Positions 1 to 9,192 are shown, counted from the first letter of the stretch. The stretch is DNA of 64,000 nucleotides from Thermoleophilaceae bacterium (GCA_034664085.1 JAXDII010000098.1:2140-66139), one strand, 5' to 3'. Numbers and translations: made by a program. The notes: a model not told the origin generated them from the letters alone.

Positions 1-744
1 GATCTGGGACAGCTCCTGGAAGCGGTGCTCGGAGAGCAGCCGCGCCGCGCCCTCCATGAAGAGGTTGTTCTCGGCGGTCTGCTCCAGCTCGGTGAAGGCC
101 GGCGCCAGCGTGGCGAGGAACTCCCGCTCCCCACCGGACAGGCCCGGGTCGGTCAGCCTGGCGAGCAGCATGCGCGAGCCGACGTCCATGTTCCCGAGCG
201 CCTCGTTGAGGTAGCTGCCCGCCCAGGCGACCAGGCCGCTGTCGACCGGCCGCTCGTAGGAGATCACGCGCTTGGTCACGCCCCCGGTGGAGGTGATCAC
301 GACGACCATCGCAACCTGCGGCTGCAGCAGCAGCACCTCGACGCGGTGGATCGTGGCCGTCTCGATCGGCGGAGCGGTGACGAGCGCGAGCAGGTTGGTG
401 ACCTGCGAGAGCTGCTCCGTGGTGGCGCGCATCGCCTCGTCGACCTCGCGGCGCATCGCGCTCAGCTCCACGCGCTGGGCGGGCACCGGCAGCGGGCCGC
501 CGGCCATCAGCTCGTCGACGTAGGCACGGTAGCCACGGTCGGTCGGGACCCGCCCCGCGGAGGTGTGCGGGTGCTCGAGCAGCCCCGCCTCCTCGAGCCG
601 GGCCAGCTCGGCGCGGACCGTCGACGGCCCCCAGGGCACGTCGTCCTGCTCAGCGATCACCTTGGACGCGACGGGCTGGTCGAGGTGAACGTGCGCCTCG
701 ACGACCTTGCGCAGGATGAAGCTCTGCCGGGGAGAGATCTCCAC
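1..744 (-). CDS. hrcA: Heat-inducible transcription repressor HrcA, partial (C-terminal end lies beyond window start)
   Basis: Open at the window edge, so absent from the ORF track. Manual reverse translation from GTG (742-744) reads VEISPRQSFILRKVVEAHVHLDQPVASKVIAEQDDVPWGPSTVRAELARLEEAGLLEHPHTSAGRVPTDRGYRAYVDELM..., a typical HrcA winged-helix N-terminus and body. About 248 codons are present. Confidence 0.85.
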   Translation of the reverse strand, partial: MEISPRQSFILRKVVEAHVHLDQPVASKVIAEQDDVPWGPSTVRAELARLEEAGLLEHPHTSAGRVPTDRGYRAYVDELMAGGPLPVPAQRVELSAMRREVDEAMRATTEQLSQVTNLLALVTAPPIETATIHRVEVLLLQPQVAMVVVITSTGGVTKRVISYERPVDSGLVAWAGSYLNEALGNMDVGSRMLLARLTDPGLSGGEREFLATLAPAFTELEQTAENNLFMEGAARLLSEHRFQELSQI

Positions 745-763
745 GGCGCTAAATCTAGGCGGT

Positions 764-1135
764 CTAGCGCGCTTCGAGCTCGGCTTCGGCGTTGCGGATG
801 ATGCGGTTGTCGCCCTGCGCGGCCTCGAGGCCTACCACGGTGCGCCCGTCGCGCTCCTCGGTCTGCGCGCCGGTGACGACGATCTCCTGCTCTGGCACGC
901 CCATTCCGCGGAACTGGACGGACAGGCGCCGCAGCGAGCGCGGATCCCCGCCGGCGGCCTGCGTGCAGGCGCGCGCCACCTGGGCCATCGAGTAGAGCCC
1001 GTGCAGGATGTTCGACGGCAGGCCGACCTGCTTGGCGAACTCCGGGTCGATGTGGATCGGGTTGAAGTCCCCCGATGCGCCCGCGTACCGGTGCGGCAGG
1101 TACTTGTCGGGCGTGACCTTCAGCTCCACCTGCAT
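764..1135 (-). CDS. MaoC-like (R)-specific enoyl-CoA hydratase/dehydratase subunit (HadB-like hot-dog fold)
   Basis: Track ORF of 123 aa with the MaoC dehydratase signature YAGASGDFNPIHIDPEFAKQVGLPSNILHG. It lies 3 nt downstream of a partner hot-dog ORF. Confidence 0.8.
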   Translation of the reverse strand: MQVELKVTPDKYLPHRYAGASGDFNPIHIDPEFAKQVGLPSNILHGLYSMAQVARACTQAAGGDPRSLRRLSVQFRGMGVPEQEIVVTGAQTEERDGRTVVGLEAAQGDNRIIRNAEAELEAR

Positions 1136-1137
1136 GG

Positions 1138-1578
1138 TCAGACCCCCCTCACGATGTTGGTCCAGGTGCCGCGCACGACCTCCTGGCCGTCCTGGTTGTG
1201 CGACACCGACTCGAAGACGTAGAAGCCCATCCCGCCCCGCTCGTAGACGTCCTTGACGGTCGTGTCGGTGGTGATCGTGTCCCCGGCGCAGACGGGCTCA
1301 CCCCAGGTGAACTCCTGCCCGCCGTGGACCATCATCGCGAAGTTGATGCCGACCTCCGGATCGAGCACCGCCGGGCCGACCGCTCCGGCGGAGTAGACGA
1401 CCGCGAACATCGGCGGCGCCGGGATGTCGCGGAACCCGGCGGCCTTGGCCTGCTCGCGGTCGAAGTGGACGGGGTTGTCCTCCCCCACCGCCCATGCGTA
1501 CTCGCGGATCTTCTCCTTCCCGACCTCGTACTCGTAGGGCGGGTAGGCCTTTCCCTTGGCGTCTTCGTTGACTGGCAC
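1138..1578 (-). CDS. MaoC N-terminal-type hot-dog protein (HadA-like partner subunit)
   Basis: Last 146 codons of track ORF 1138..2739, from an in-frame GTG at 1578 (VPVNEDAKGKAYPPYEYEVGKEKIREYAWAVGEDNPVHFDREQAKAAGF...). The upstream 387 codons of that ORF are an Arg/Pro/Gly-rich alternate-frame shadow of the cyclase gene. Confidence 0.7.
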   Translation of the reverse strand: MPVNEDAKGKAYPPYEYEVGKEKIREYAWAVGEDNPVHFDREQAKAAGFRDIPAPPMFAVVYSAGAVGPAVLDPEVGINFAMMVHGGQEFTWGEPVCAGDTITTDTTVKDVYERGGMGFYVFESVSHNQDGQEVVRGTWTNIVRGV

Positions 1579-1589
1579 GGCGCGGCAGC

Positions 1590-3143
1590 CTACCCCCTGG
1601 CGCGCAGGAGCCCCGCAGGTTCGGCGGACGCCGGCACCGCCACCCTGGTCGGCTCGGCGCGGCCGCGCAGGACGACCGACTCGACCAGCTCCCAGCCGCG
1701 CGCCTCCCGCGGCGTGGCCCTCAGCAGCACGGCCTCGGAGGCGAGCAGCCGCTCGGGACGCCGCTTGGCCAGCTCGCAGAGGCGCGCCGCCTCGTTCACC
1801 GGGTCGCCGATGACCGTGTACTCGAAGCGCTCCTCGGCGCCGACGTTGCCCGCCACCACTGGCCCCGCCGAGACGCCGATGCCGGCCGTGGCTCCATCCA
1901 GCTCGCTCAGGAGACGGTCGCGCAGGCAGCGGGCCGCCCGCAGCGCGTCGCCGGCGGCGTCCGGGCGCGGCGCGGGGGCGCCGAACACGCACAGAGCGCC
2001 GTCGCCCTCGAACTTGTTCACCCAGCCGCAGTGCTCCTCGACCACCTCGACGACCAGCCCGAAGAAGAGGTTCAGCAGGGCGACCACGTCGGCGGGCGCC
2101 CGGCGCGCCGCCAGCCGGGTGGAGCCGGCGACGTCCACGAAGAAGACCGCCAGCTCGCGCACCTCGCCGCCCAGCCGGACCTCGCCGTCGCGCTCCAGGG
2201 CCGCCTGGGCCACCTCGCGGCCCACGTGGCGCCCGAACAGGTCGCGCAGGCGCTCGCGCTCGCGCAGCCCGGCGGCCATCGAGTTGAAGCCGGCCTCGAG
2301 CATGCCGACCTCGCTGCCGTCGTCCACCGGCACGGAAACGTCGAGGTCGCCCTCCTCGATGCGCGCGATCGCCTGCCGCACCGCACCGATCGGCTCCGAC
2401 ACCGAGCGCGCGGCGATCGTGATCGCCAGCAGCCCGACCGACATCCCGATCGCCGCCAGGAACCCGATCGTGGCCGCGAGCAGGGCCGGATCCTCGTTCG
2501 GGTCGACGAGGCCCGCTGCCGCGAGCACGAAGATCCCCAGCAGCGGGACGCCCGTGCCGAGCGACCAGGCCGTCAGCAGGCGGCCTGCGACGCCCGGGCC
2601 CGACCGCCCAGGCGGGGCACCTCCGGCGAGGGCTCGCACCGTGACCGGGCGGATGATGCGCTCGGCCAGCAGGTACCCGACGGCGCAGGTCGTCTCGCCG
2701 CCGAGCAGGATGGCGCCGCCGACGATCAGCGCCGACCACCCCGAGGACGGCAGGTTGACGAGCGTCATCAGGACCGCCCCGATCGCCCAGAAGAGGCCCG
2801 AGATCCGCACCAGCTTCATCGGCTGCCCAAGGACCAGCCTCTGCTCCTGCGCGGTCGGCGGCCGCTCCTCGATGAGCCAGCGCTCGGCCGGGGCGGACTT
2901 GCGCCTGGCCCAGACCGTGCCGATCACCAGCGTGATCGCGAGGTAGCTGCCGCCGACCACGGCGTTCAGCACGACGTTGCGGTCAGGGCCCTCCGGCGCG
3001 AAGGGGATCAGGAAGCCGAGCAGCAGGAAGAGCACGAGCCCGCCGAGCGCGTTCGACCCCACGCCGACCCACGTCAGCCGGCGGACGCTGGTCCGCCACA
3101 GCTCGGCGCCGTCGGCGCCGTCCTGCTCGGCTCGCTCGGCCAC
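1590..3143 (-). CDS. Membrane-bound class III adenylate/guanylate cyclase with HAMP linker
   Basis: 517 aa with several N-terminal TM helices, a HAMP-like segment (EPIGAVRQAIARIEEGDLDVSVPVDDGSEVGMLEAGFNSMAAGL) and a cyclase core (VFFVDVAGSTRL ... GWVNKFEGDGALCVFGAP ... YTVIGDPVNEAARL). Confidence 0.88.
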   Translation of the reverse strand: MAERAEQDGADGAELWRTSVRRLTWVGVGSNALGGLVLFLLLGFLIPFAPEGPDRNVVLNAVVGGSYLAITLVIGTVWARRKSAPAERWLIEERPPTAQEQRLVLGQPMKLVRISGLFWAIGAVLMTLVNLPSSGWSALIVGGAILLGGETTCAVGYLLAERIIRPVTVRALAGGAPPGRSGPGVAGRLLTAWSLGTGVPLLGIFVLAAAGLVDPNEDPALLAATIGFLAAIGMSVGLLAITIAARSVSEPIGAVRQAIARIEEGDLDVSVPVDDGSEVGMLEAGFNSMAAGLRERERLRDLFGRHVGREVAQAALERDGEVRLGGEVRELAVFFVDVAGSTRLAARRAPADVVALLNLFFGLVVEVVEEHCGWVNKFEGDGALCVFGAPAPRPDAAGDALRAARCLRDRLLSELDGATAGIGVSAGPVVAGNVGAEERFEYTVIGDPVNEAARLCELAKRRPERLLASEAVLLRATPREARGWELVESVVLRGRAEPTRVAVPASAEPAGLLRARG

Positions 3144-3194
3144 GATCGCTCAACCCAAGTGTCCCCCACGGCGCCGTCGGCAACGCCATGGCCA

Positions 3195-3232
3195 GTGTGA
3201 GATCGATCACACTTAGGTCATCAAGGTATGTA
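3195..3232. repeat. Left terminal inverted repeat (IRL) of the IS1595-family element
   Basis: gtgtgagatcgatcacacttaggtcatcaaggtatgta. It matches the reverse complement of 5811-5848 at 29/38 positions. The outer 18 nt form a quasi-palindrome GTGTGA-gatcga-TCACAC. Confidence 0.7.
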
Positions 3233-4178
3233 TAATGTCTGCATGCCTGCAAACGACCGCAATAACCCCGTCCGGCAAGCCTCGTCCGACTCCGAGATTT
3301 CGCTGGTCGAGTTCATGCGGGCCTATCCCGATGACGCTGCCTGTCTAGACAAGCTTTGGCGCGACCGCTTCGCCCCTGACGGCCATCACGCCCACTGCCC
3401 TCGCTGCGACCGGGAGCGGAAGTTCCACCGCACCAAGACGCGGGCCTCGTACACCTGCGATTCCTGCGGCCTGCACGTCCATCCGATGAAGGGGACGATC
3501 TTCGAGAAGTCCACAACCTCGCTGGTTCTGTGGTTCTACGCCATGTATCTGATGGCGAGCACTCGCTGCGGCATCTCCGCGAAGCAGATGGAGCGCGAGC
3601 TAGGCGTGACGTACAAGACGGCTCATCGGATGATGAAGCGCATCCGTACCGAGTTGATGCACGACATGGACGACGAGCCGCTTTCGGGCGACGTTGAAGT
3701 GGATGAGACTTCGGTACGCGGCAAGCCGCGTGGTCGGAAGATGACTCAGTCCGAGGCCGCGCTGTGGCGCGAGCGTCAGCCGAAGGTATTGGGCATGGTC
3801 GAGCGCGGCGGGCGGGTTCGTGCCCGAGTCATCCAGTCGCGTCGTGGCCCCGCCCTTAGTCGAGCCGTGCGGGCGAATGTGAACCCCATGTCGATCCTGT
3901 TCACCGACGACTGGCAGGCGTACAAGCCCCTGCGCCGCGAGTATCTGGACCACCGGATCATCAACCACTCCGCTGGCCTCTACGTCGACGGAGACACGCA
4001 CACGAACACCATCGAAGGGTTCTTCGGGAACCTCAAGACCGGGATGCGCGGCGCTTACAAGCACGTCTCGCCGCGCTACCTGCAGTCGTACTTGGACGAG
4101 TACACCTTCCGCTACAACCACCGCCGCGACGGTGGGCTGTTCGACGCGCTGCTGGCCCGAGCTACCGTCGCCGACTAG
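3228..4178 (+). CDS. IS1595-family (ISXO2-like) DDE transposase
   Basis: 316 aa with an N-terminal zinc ribbon (HCPRCDRERKFHR...YTCDSCGLHV) and a DDE core (VEVDETSVRGK ... ILFTDDWQAYKPL ... HTNTIEGFFGNLKTGMRGAYKHVSPRYLQSYLDEYTFRYNHR). The in-frame ATG at 3243 is an alternative start. Confidence 0.9.
   Translation: MYNVCMPANDRNNPVRQASSDSEISLVEFMRAYPDDAACLDKLWRDRFAPDGHHAHCPRCDRERKFHRTKTRASYTCDSCGLHVHPMKGTIFEKSTTSLVLWFYAMYLMASTRCGISAKQMERELGVTYKTAHRMMKRIRTELMHDMDDEPLSGDVEVDETSVRGKPRGRKMTQSEAALWRERQPKVLGMVERGGRVRARVIQSRRGPALSRAVRANVNPMSILFTDDWQAYKPLRREYLDHRIINHSAGLYVDGDTHTNTIEGFFGNLKTGMRGAYKHVSPRYLQSYLDEYTFRYNHRRDGGLFDALLARATVAD
3231..3236 (+). promoter_or_regulatory. Candidate -10 box (TATAAT) inside IRL for the transposase gene
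   Basis: A perfect TATAAT hexamer ends 6 nt before the ATG at 3243. This is compatible with a leaderless transposase mRNA. No convincing -35 box at standard spacing. Confidence 0.3.
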
Positions 4179-4591
4179 GCTGGCGTGCCATGGATGTCGA
4201 GCGGATCAAGCGAGCTCTCGCCACCCTCGACCAGCACCCATGCCCCATGTGCGGACACACAGACTGGATAATTTCCGGCGATCAGGCCCTGCTCCAGTCC
4301 ATTGGGGGTGACGGCGGCATCACTCTCGGTCGCGGAGTTCCCGTCGTGATCGTGGCGTGCACCACGTGCGGCTACATCAACCTGCATTGGGCCCCCACGC
4401 TTGAACGTTTTGGTGCCGAAGGCGAACAGGGGACCGGCCACGACCAGCAGGCCCAGAAAGAATCCGGCTAGGGCGTACACAACACCCGAGGCGATCTCGA
4501 GATTGCGCTCGGCGACCACGACCACCGCCGCCAAAAGCACCGCCGCCGCGAAGGGCGCGTACTTTCTATTCGATCCAGCCGCTCTAGACAC
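4175..4591 (-). CDS. Hypothetical small membrane protein (two TM helices in the N-terminal half)
   Basis: 138-aa track ORF. The N-terminal 65 aa (FAAAVLLAAVVVVAERNLEIASGVVYALAGFFLGLLVVAGPLFAF) look membrane-like with GC3 about 73%. The C-terminal half is antisense to the zinc-ribbon ORF and looks less protein-like. The GTG start overlaps the stop of the upstream 72-aa ORF by 8 nt. Confidence 0.35.
   Translation of the reverse strand: MSRAAGSNRKYAPFAAAVLLAAVVVVAERNLEIASGVVYALAGFFLGLLVVAGPLFAFGTKTFKRGGPMQVDVAARGARHDHDGNSATESDAAVTPNGLEQGLIAGNYPVCVSAHGAWVLVEGGESSLDPLDIHGTPA
4190..4471 (+). CDS. Small zinc-ribbon protein (CxxC...CxxC), IS cargo
   Basis: 93-aa track ORF 12 nt after the transposase stop, with paired CPMCGH and CTTCGY motifs about 37 aa apart. 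Hand-counted GC3 is about 76% over 4190-4390, against about 64% for the antisense ORF in the same stretch. Confidence 0.5.
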   Translation: MDVERIKRALATLDQHPCPMCGHTDWIISGDQALLQSIGGDGGITLGRGVPVVIVACTTCGYINLHWAPTLERFGAEGEQGTGHDQQAQKESG

Positions 4592-4802
4592 GGCTAAATA
4601 AGACTAGCGCCACTCCGAATACTCCGGCGTAGTTTGCCGCCCATCGCGCCCAGTCGTTCGGATCGCCCCTGACGAACGGCCCCAATAGCGACCCGACGAC
4701 AAACCCCGCGATGCCTCCGAGGAAGAAGCACCCCGCGCCCACGAAGAAGAGGTCGGGGAGGATCGGCCCCCGGAAGATCTCGGGATCGCGGGGATCGTCC
4801 AC
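4584..4802 (-). CDS. Hypothetical 72-aa Gly-rich two-TM membrane protein
   Basis: Track ORF with hydrophobic segments ILPDLFFVGAGCFFLGGIAGFVVGSLLGPF and AANYAGVFGVALVLF. Appears translationally coupled to the next minus-strand ORF. Confidence 0.45.
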   Translation of the reverse strand: MDDPRDPEIFRGPILPDLFFVGAGCFFLGGIAGFVVGSLLGPFVRGDPNDWARWAANYAGVFGVALVLFSRV

Positions 4803-4816
4803 CGCACGAGCGTATA

Positions 4817-4993
4817 TCAGCGGTTGCCACGCCCGCTCACGCTGTCATTCCGTGGCTTCGCGGCGCGATCTAGCAGCCGGTCGATCTTGGCACGCTTCGG
4901 CACCGGGATGTCGACGGGCGGGTACGGCTTGCCCGTGTCCGGGTCGATGCCCTTCGGCTGCGTCTTCTGCGTACGCTGGCGCTTGTCCGCCAT
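4817..4993 (-). CDS. Hypothetical 58-aa basic protein (below the ORF-track size cutoff)
   Basis: Manual translation from ATG 4993 gives MADKRQRTQKTQPKGIDPDTGKPYPPVDIPVPKRAKIDRLLDRAAKPRNDSVSGRGNR. GC3 is high and no competing plus-strand gene is present, but there is no clear SD. Confidence 0.3.
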   Translation of the reverse strand: MADKRQRTQKTQPKGIDPDTGKPYPPVDIPVPKRAKIDRLLDRAAKPRNDSVSGRGNR

Positions 4994-5009
4994 GGGTCGA
5001 GCGTAACGG

Positions 5010-5756
5010 GTGAATCACCCGACTCCATACCCGCGCTGCATCTTCTGCGGAGCGAAAGCCAACAGCCGCGAACACGCCATCCCCCACTGGATCAGCAAGC
5101 GATTGGGAGTGAAGGACTTTTTGCCAGCCGACACGGCCTTTGTCGGGGGGCGGCTTCAACGGCGCAAGCAGCCAATCTCATTCGCGAGCTACAGGGCGCA
5201 CACCCTCTGCCGCCCCTGCAACAAGCACTTCAAGCACCTAGAGGACGACGTGATCGACCTCCTCGTTCCGATGGCACGGGGACGAGTCGTCAGCCTCGGC
5301 TATGACAGCCAAGCACTACTGGCGCTCTGGGCGAGCAAGACTGCCGCCACCGTCATCGCCACCACTGCGCCTGAGCTGCGTGAGGTCATGCCGATGGACC
5401 ATCGACGTTCCATCCGAGTAGACGGTCGTCCGAGTGAGGAAATCTTCGTCGGCTACTTCCCATGGCGGGGCAGCCCCATCGTGAGCGCCGGGCAGGGGGT
5501 CCTCATGCGCAATATGGACCCAGCGACGCGGCACGAAATGTATGGCGCGATCCTGACCTTCAAGCAGCTTGGCTTTTACGTGCTCGGCTTCATCGACGAA
5601 TTGCGGGCGGGGACCACCATCGACGGCAACCGACCGCCGATGATCCAGTTCTGGCCCAACAGCCAAGGCCTCGTCCACTGGCCCCCTGAAGGGCCTGCGG
5701 TCACGAACACCAACACTCGTGATCTGCTGGCCTTCGTCCCCCTGAAACGGGCCTAG
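5010..5756 (+). CDS. HNH (beta-beta-alpha-Me) nuclease-domain protein with an uncharacterised ~170-aa C-terminal domain, IS cargo
   Basis: 248 aa. The N-terminus reads CIFCG-x7-EHAIPHWISKRLG ... LCRPCNKHF, which is the CxxC / EH-x-IP / CxxCN layout of HNH_5-type nucleases. I recognise no motif in the remainder. Confidence 0.65.
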   Translation: MNHPTPYPRCIFCGAKANSREHAIPHWISKRLGVKDFLPADTAFVGGRLQRRKQPISFASYRAHTLCRPCNKHFKHLEDDVIDLLVPMARGRVVSLGYDSQALLALWASKTAATVIATTAPELREVMPMDHRRSIRVDGRPSEEIFVGYFPWRGSPIVSAGQGVLMRNMDPATRHEMYGAILTFKQLGFYVLGFIDELRAGTTIDGNRPPMIQFWPNSQGLVHWPPEGPAVTNTNTRDLLAFVPLKRA

Positions 5757-5810
5757 AAACCAGCGCCAAATGCGGCGGTAGAGCGCCCCCTTGCCATGCT
5801 GCTCAGATGC

Positions 5811-5848
5811 TACATACCTTGGTGACACAAGTGTGAGATCGATCACAC
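5811..5848. repeat. Right terminal inverted repeat (IRR) of the IS1595-family element
   Basis: tacataccttggtgacacaagtgtgagatcgatcacac. The terminal 19 nt (5830-5848, agtgtgagatcgatcacac) are also a perfect direct copy of 3194-3212. Confidence 0.7.
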
Positions 5849-5850
5849 AA

Positions 5851-5893
5851 ACAGAAAAGGCGGCGCGCCCCACCCCCCGTGGGACGCGCCGCC
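5851..5893 (-). terminator. Rho-independent terminator of the sigma-factor gene
   Basis: On the minus strand, GGCGGCGCGTCCCAC-loop-GTGGGGCGCGCCGCC forms about 14 bp with one mismatch and is followed by TTTTCTGTTTG. It starts 19 nt after the sigma stop and abuts the IRR. Confidence 0.7.
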
Positions 5894-5911
5894 TGCCCGC
5901 CCAGAGGAGCT

Positions 5912-6787
5912 CTAAGCGACGTCGCGCAGGCCCTGCGCCTCGGCGAGCGTGGAGAGCTTGCGCAGCGCGGCCTCCTCGACCTGGCGCGTCCGCTCGCGGG
6001 TGAGGCCGAACAGCTTGGCCACCTGGTCCAGCGTCCGCGGCTGCTCGCCGCCGAGGCCGTAGCGCAGCTCGACGATGCGGCGGTCGCGGTAGGAGAGGTG
6101 CTCGAGCACCTCGGACAGGCGCTCGTGCATGAGCGACTCGACGGCGGCGTCGTAAGGGCTCTGAGTCGACTCGTCCGGGATCAGGTCGCCGAACTGGGCC
6201 GAATCGCCGTCATCGCCGACCGGCTTGTCGAGCGAGACGAGCTGCTGGGCGGCGCGCATGATCACGTCGGCCTCGACCGGGTCGACCCCGGCCAGCTCGG
6301 CGATCTCCTCGATCGTGGGATCGCGGTCGCCCTGGGCCTCGAGCTTGCGCTGGGCGCCGTCGAGCTTCTTCAGCACGTTGTCGATGTGGATCGGGATGCG
6401 GATGGTGCGGCCCTTGTCGGCGATCGCGCGCGAGATCGCCTGGCGGATCCACCAGGTGGCGTAGGTGGAGAACTTCCAGCCCTTGCGCCAGTCGAACTTC
6501 TCGACGGCGCGCACCAGGCCGATCGTGCCCTCCTGGATCAGGTCCAGGAACGGCAGGCCCTGGTTGCGGTAGCGCTTGGCGATCGAGACCACGAGGCGCA
6601 GGTTCGCGCGCATCATGTGGTCCTTGGCCCCCATGTCGCCGCGCTCGATGCGCTTTGACAGCTCGACCTCCTCCTCGCGGGTCAGCAGCGGGGTTGCCGC
6701 GATGCCGTCGAGGAACTGCTGCAGGGAATCGAGCGTCGGATCTGGTGCAGGCTGGGGGGTCAGCGTTTCCGTTGTCACGGCCGCCAA
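5912..6787 (-). CDS. RNA polymerase sigma-70 family factor, group 1/2-like (regions 1.2-4.2, no long N-terminal extension)
   Basis: 291 aa with [51 protein letters not shown] (regions 2.x/3.0) and [15 protein letters not shown]...[28 protein letters not shown] (region 4.2). Confidence 0.9.
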   Translation of the reverse strand: MAAVTTETLTPQPAPDPTLDSLQQFLDGIAATPLLTREEEVELSKRIERGDMGAKDHMMRANLRLVVSIAKRYRNQGLPFLDLIQEGTIGLVRAVEKFDWRKGWKFSTYATWWIRQAISRAIADKGRTIRIPIHIDNVLKKLDGAQRKLEAQGDRDPTIEEIAELAGVDPVEADVIMRAAQQLVSLDKPVGDDGDSAQFGDLIPDESTQSPYDAAVESLMHERLSEVLEHLSYRDRRIVELRYGLGGEQPRTLDQVAKLFGLTRERTRQVEEAALRKLSTLAEAQGLRDVA

Positions 6788-6869
6788 GCTACGACGGTGT
6801 CCTAAGGACCAGCTAAATCCTCAGAAAAACCCGTATGACCGAACCAGCACGAGGCGCCCTGGGTGCGGG

Positions 6870-8681
<1,812 letters not shown>

Positions 8682-8731
8682 TGGGATCGACCATCTGAGT
8701 ATGGCGATCGGTCAGACTGCTGAACGGACTC

Positions 8732-9133
8732 GTGGTGAGCAGTGACATCGACGTGGTGAAGGCGATCTTCGCGGCCTTCGGCGAGCGCGACGTGGAGGGG
8801 GTGCTTGCGCACGCCGGGCCCGACATCGTCTTCAACCCGGTGACCGGCAACTACGCCGGCCGCACCGAGCCGTACATCGGGCACGACGGCCTCCGCCAGT
8901 ACTTCCGCGACGTCGCGGCCGTCTGGGACGAGCTGCGGCTGGTGCCGATGGACTTCCGCCAGAGCGGCGAGACGATCCTCGTGACCGGCAAGGTCAGCGC
9001 CCGCTCCCCCGCCCGCATCGTGGCCGGCTCGACCGGCTGGGTCTGGCGCGTGCAGGGCGGCAAGGTCGTCTACATCGGCGTCTACGAGTCCGCGGCCGAC
9101 GCGATGGCGGCCTTCGAGGGCCGCGGCGCGTAG
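8732..9133 (+). CDS. SnoaL/NTF2-like fold protein
   Basis: 133 aa. The N-terminal IDVVKAIFAAFGERDVEGVL pattern and the size are typical of SnoaL-like/ketosteroid-isomerase-like proteins. Fold-level call only. Confidence 0.6.
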   Translation: MVSSDIDVVKAIFAAFGERDVEGVLAHAGPDIVFNPVTGNYAGRTEPYIGHDGLRQYFRDVAAVWDELRLVPMDFRQSGETILVTGKVSARSPARIVAGSTGWVWRVQGGKVVYIGVYESAADAMAAFEGRGA

Positions 9134-9192
9134 TTCGCGTAGTCGTTACACAAGTCGCACACAGGGCGCATTTCCCGCGGCACCATCGGGGG

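Larger units (their letters stand above)
3195..5848 (+). mobile_element. IS1595-family insertion element carrying about 1.6 kb of passenger genes (transporter-IS-like)
   Basis: Bounded by 38-bp imperfect terminal inverted repeats (29/38 identical). It contains an IS1595/ISXO2-type DDE transposase plus cargo ORFs and has visibly lower GC than the flanks. It sits between the sigma-factor terminator and the cyclase upstream region. No target-site duplication was recognised. Confidence 0.7.

Noticed and set aside
745-775. An inverted repeat GCGCTA-N13-TAGCGC lies directly upstream of hrcA. I considered it as a CIRCE operator.
   Set aside because: CIRCE is TTAGCACTC-N9-GAGTGCTAA. Here the arm polarity is reversed (GCGCTA...TAGCGC rather than TAGCGC...GCGCTA), the spacer is 13 nt rather than 9, and only 6 bp pair. 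It may be a weak hairpin after the MaoC gene stop, but I cannot support a CIRCE call.
3187-3194. I looked for the 8-bp target-site duplication flanking the IS1595-family element.
   Set aside because: The flanking octamers (catggcca on the left, aaacagaa on the right) do not match. Either the ends are defined slightly differently or the duplication has decayed, so no TSD is reported.
4817-4993. When I first read this stretch by eye, the 58-codon ORF appeared to contain a frameshift, which suggested a pseudogene.
   Set aside because: The apparent shift came from my own mis-transcription at line breaks. Three independent ORF-track translations across this stretch are consistent with an intact 58-codon frame, so I make no pseudogene call.
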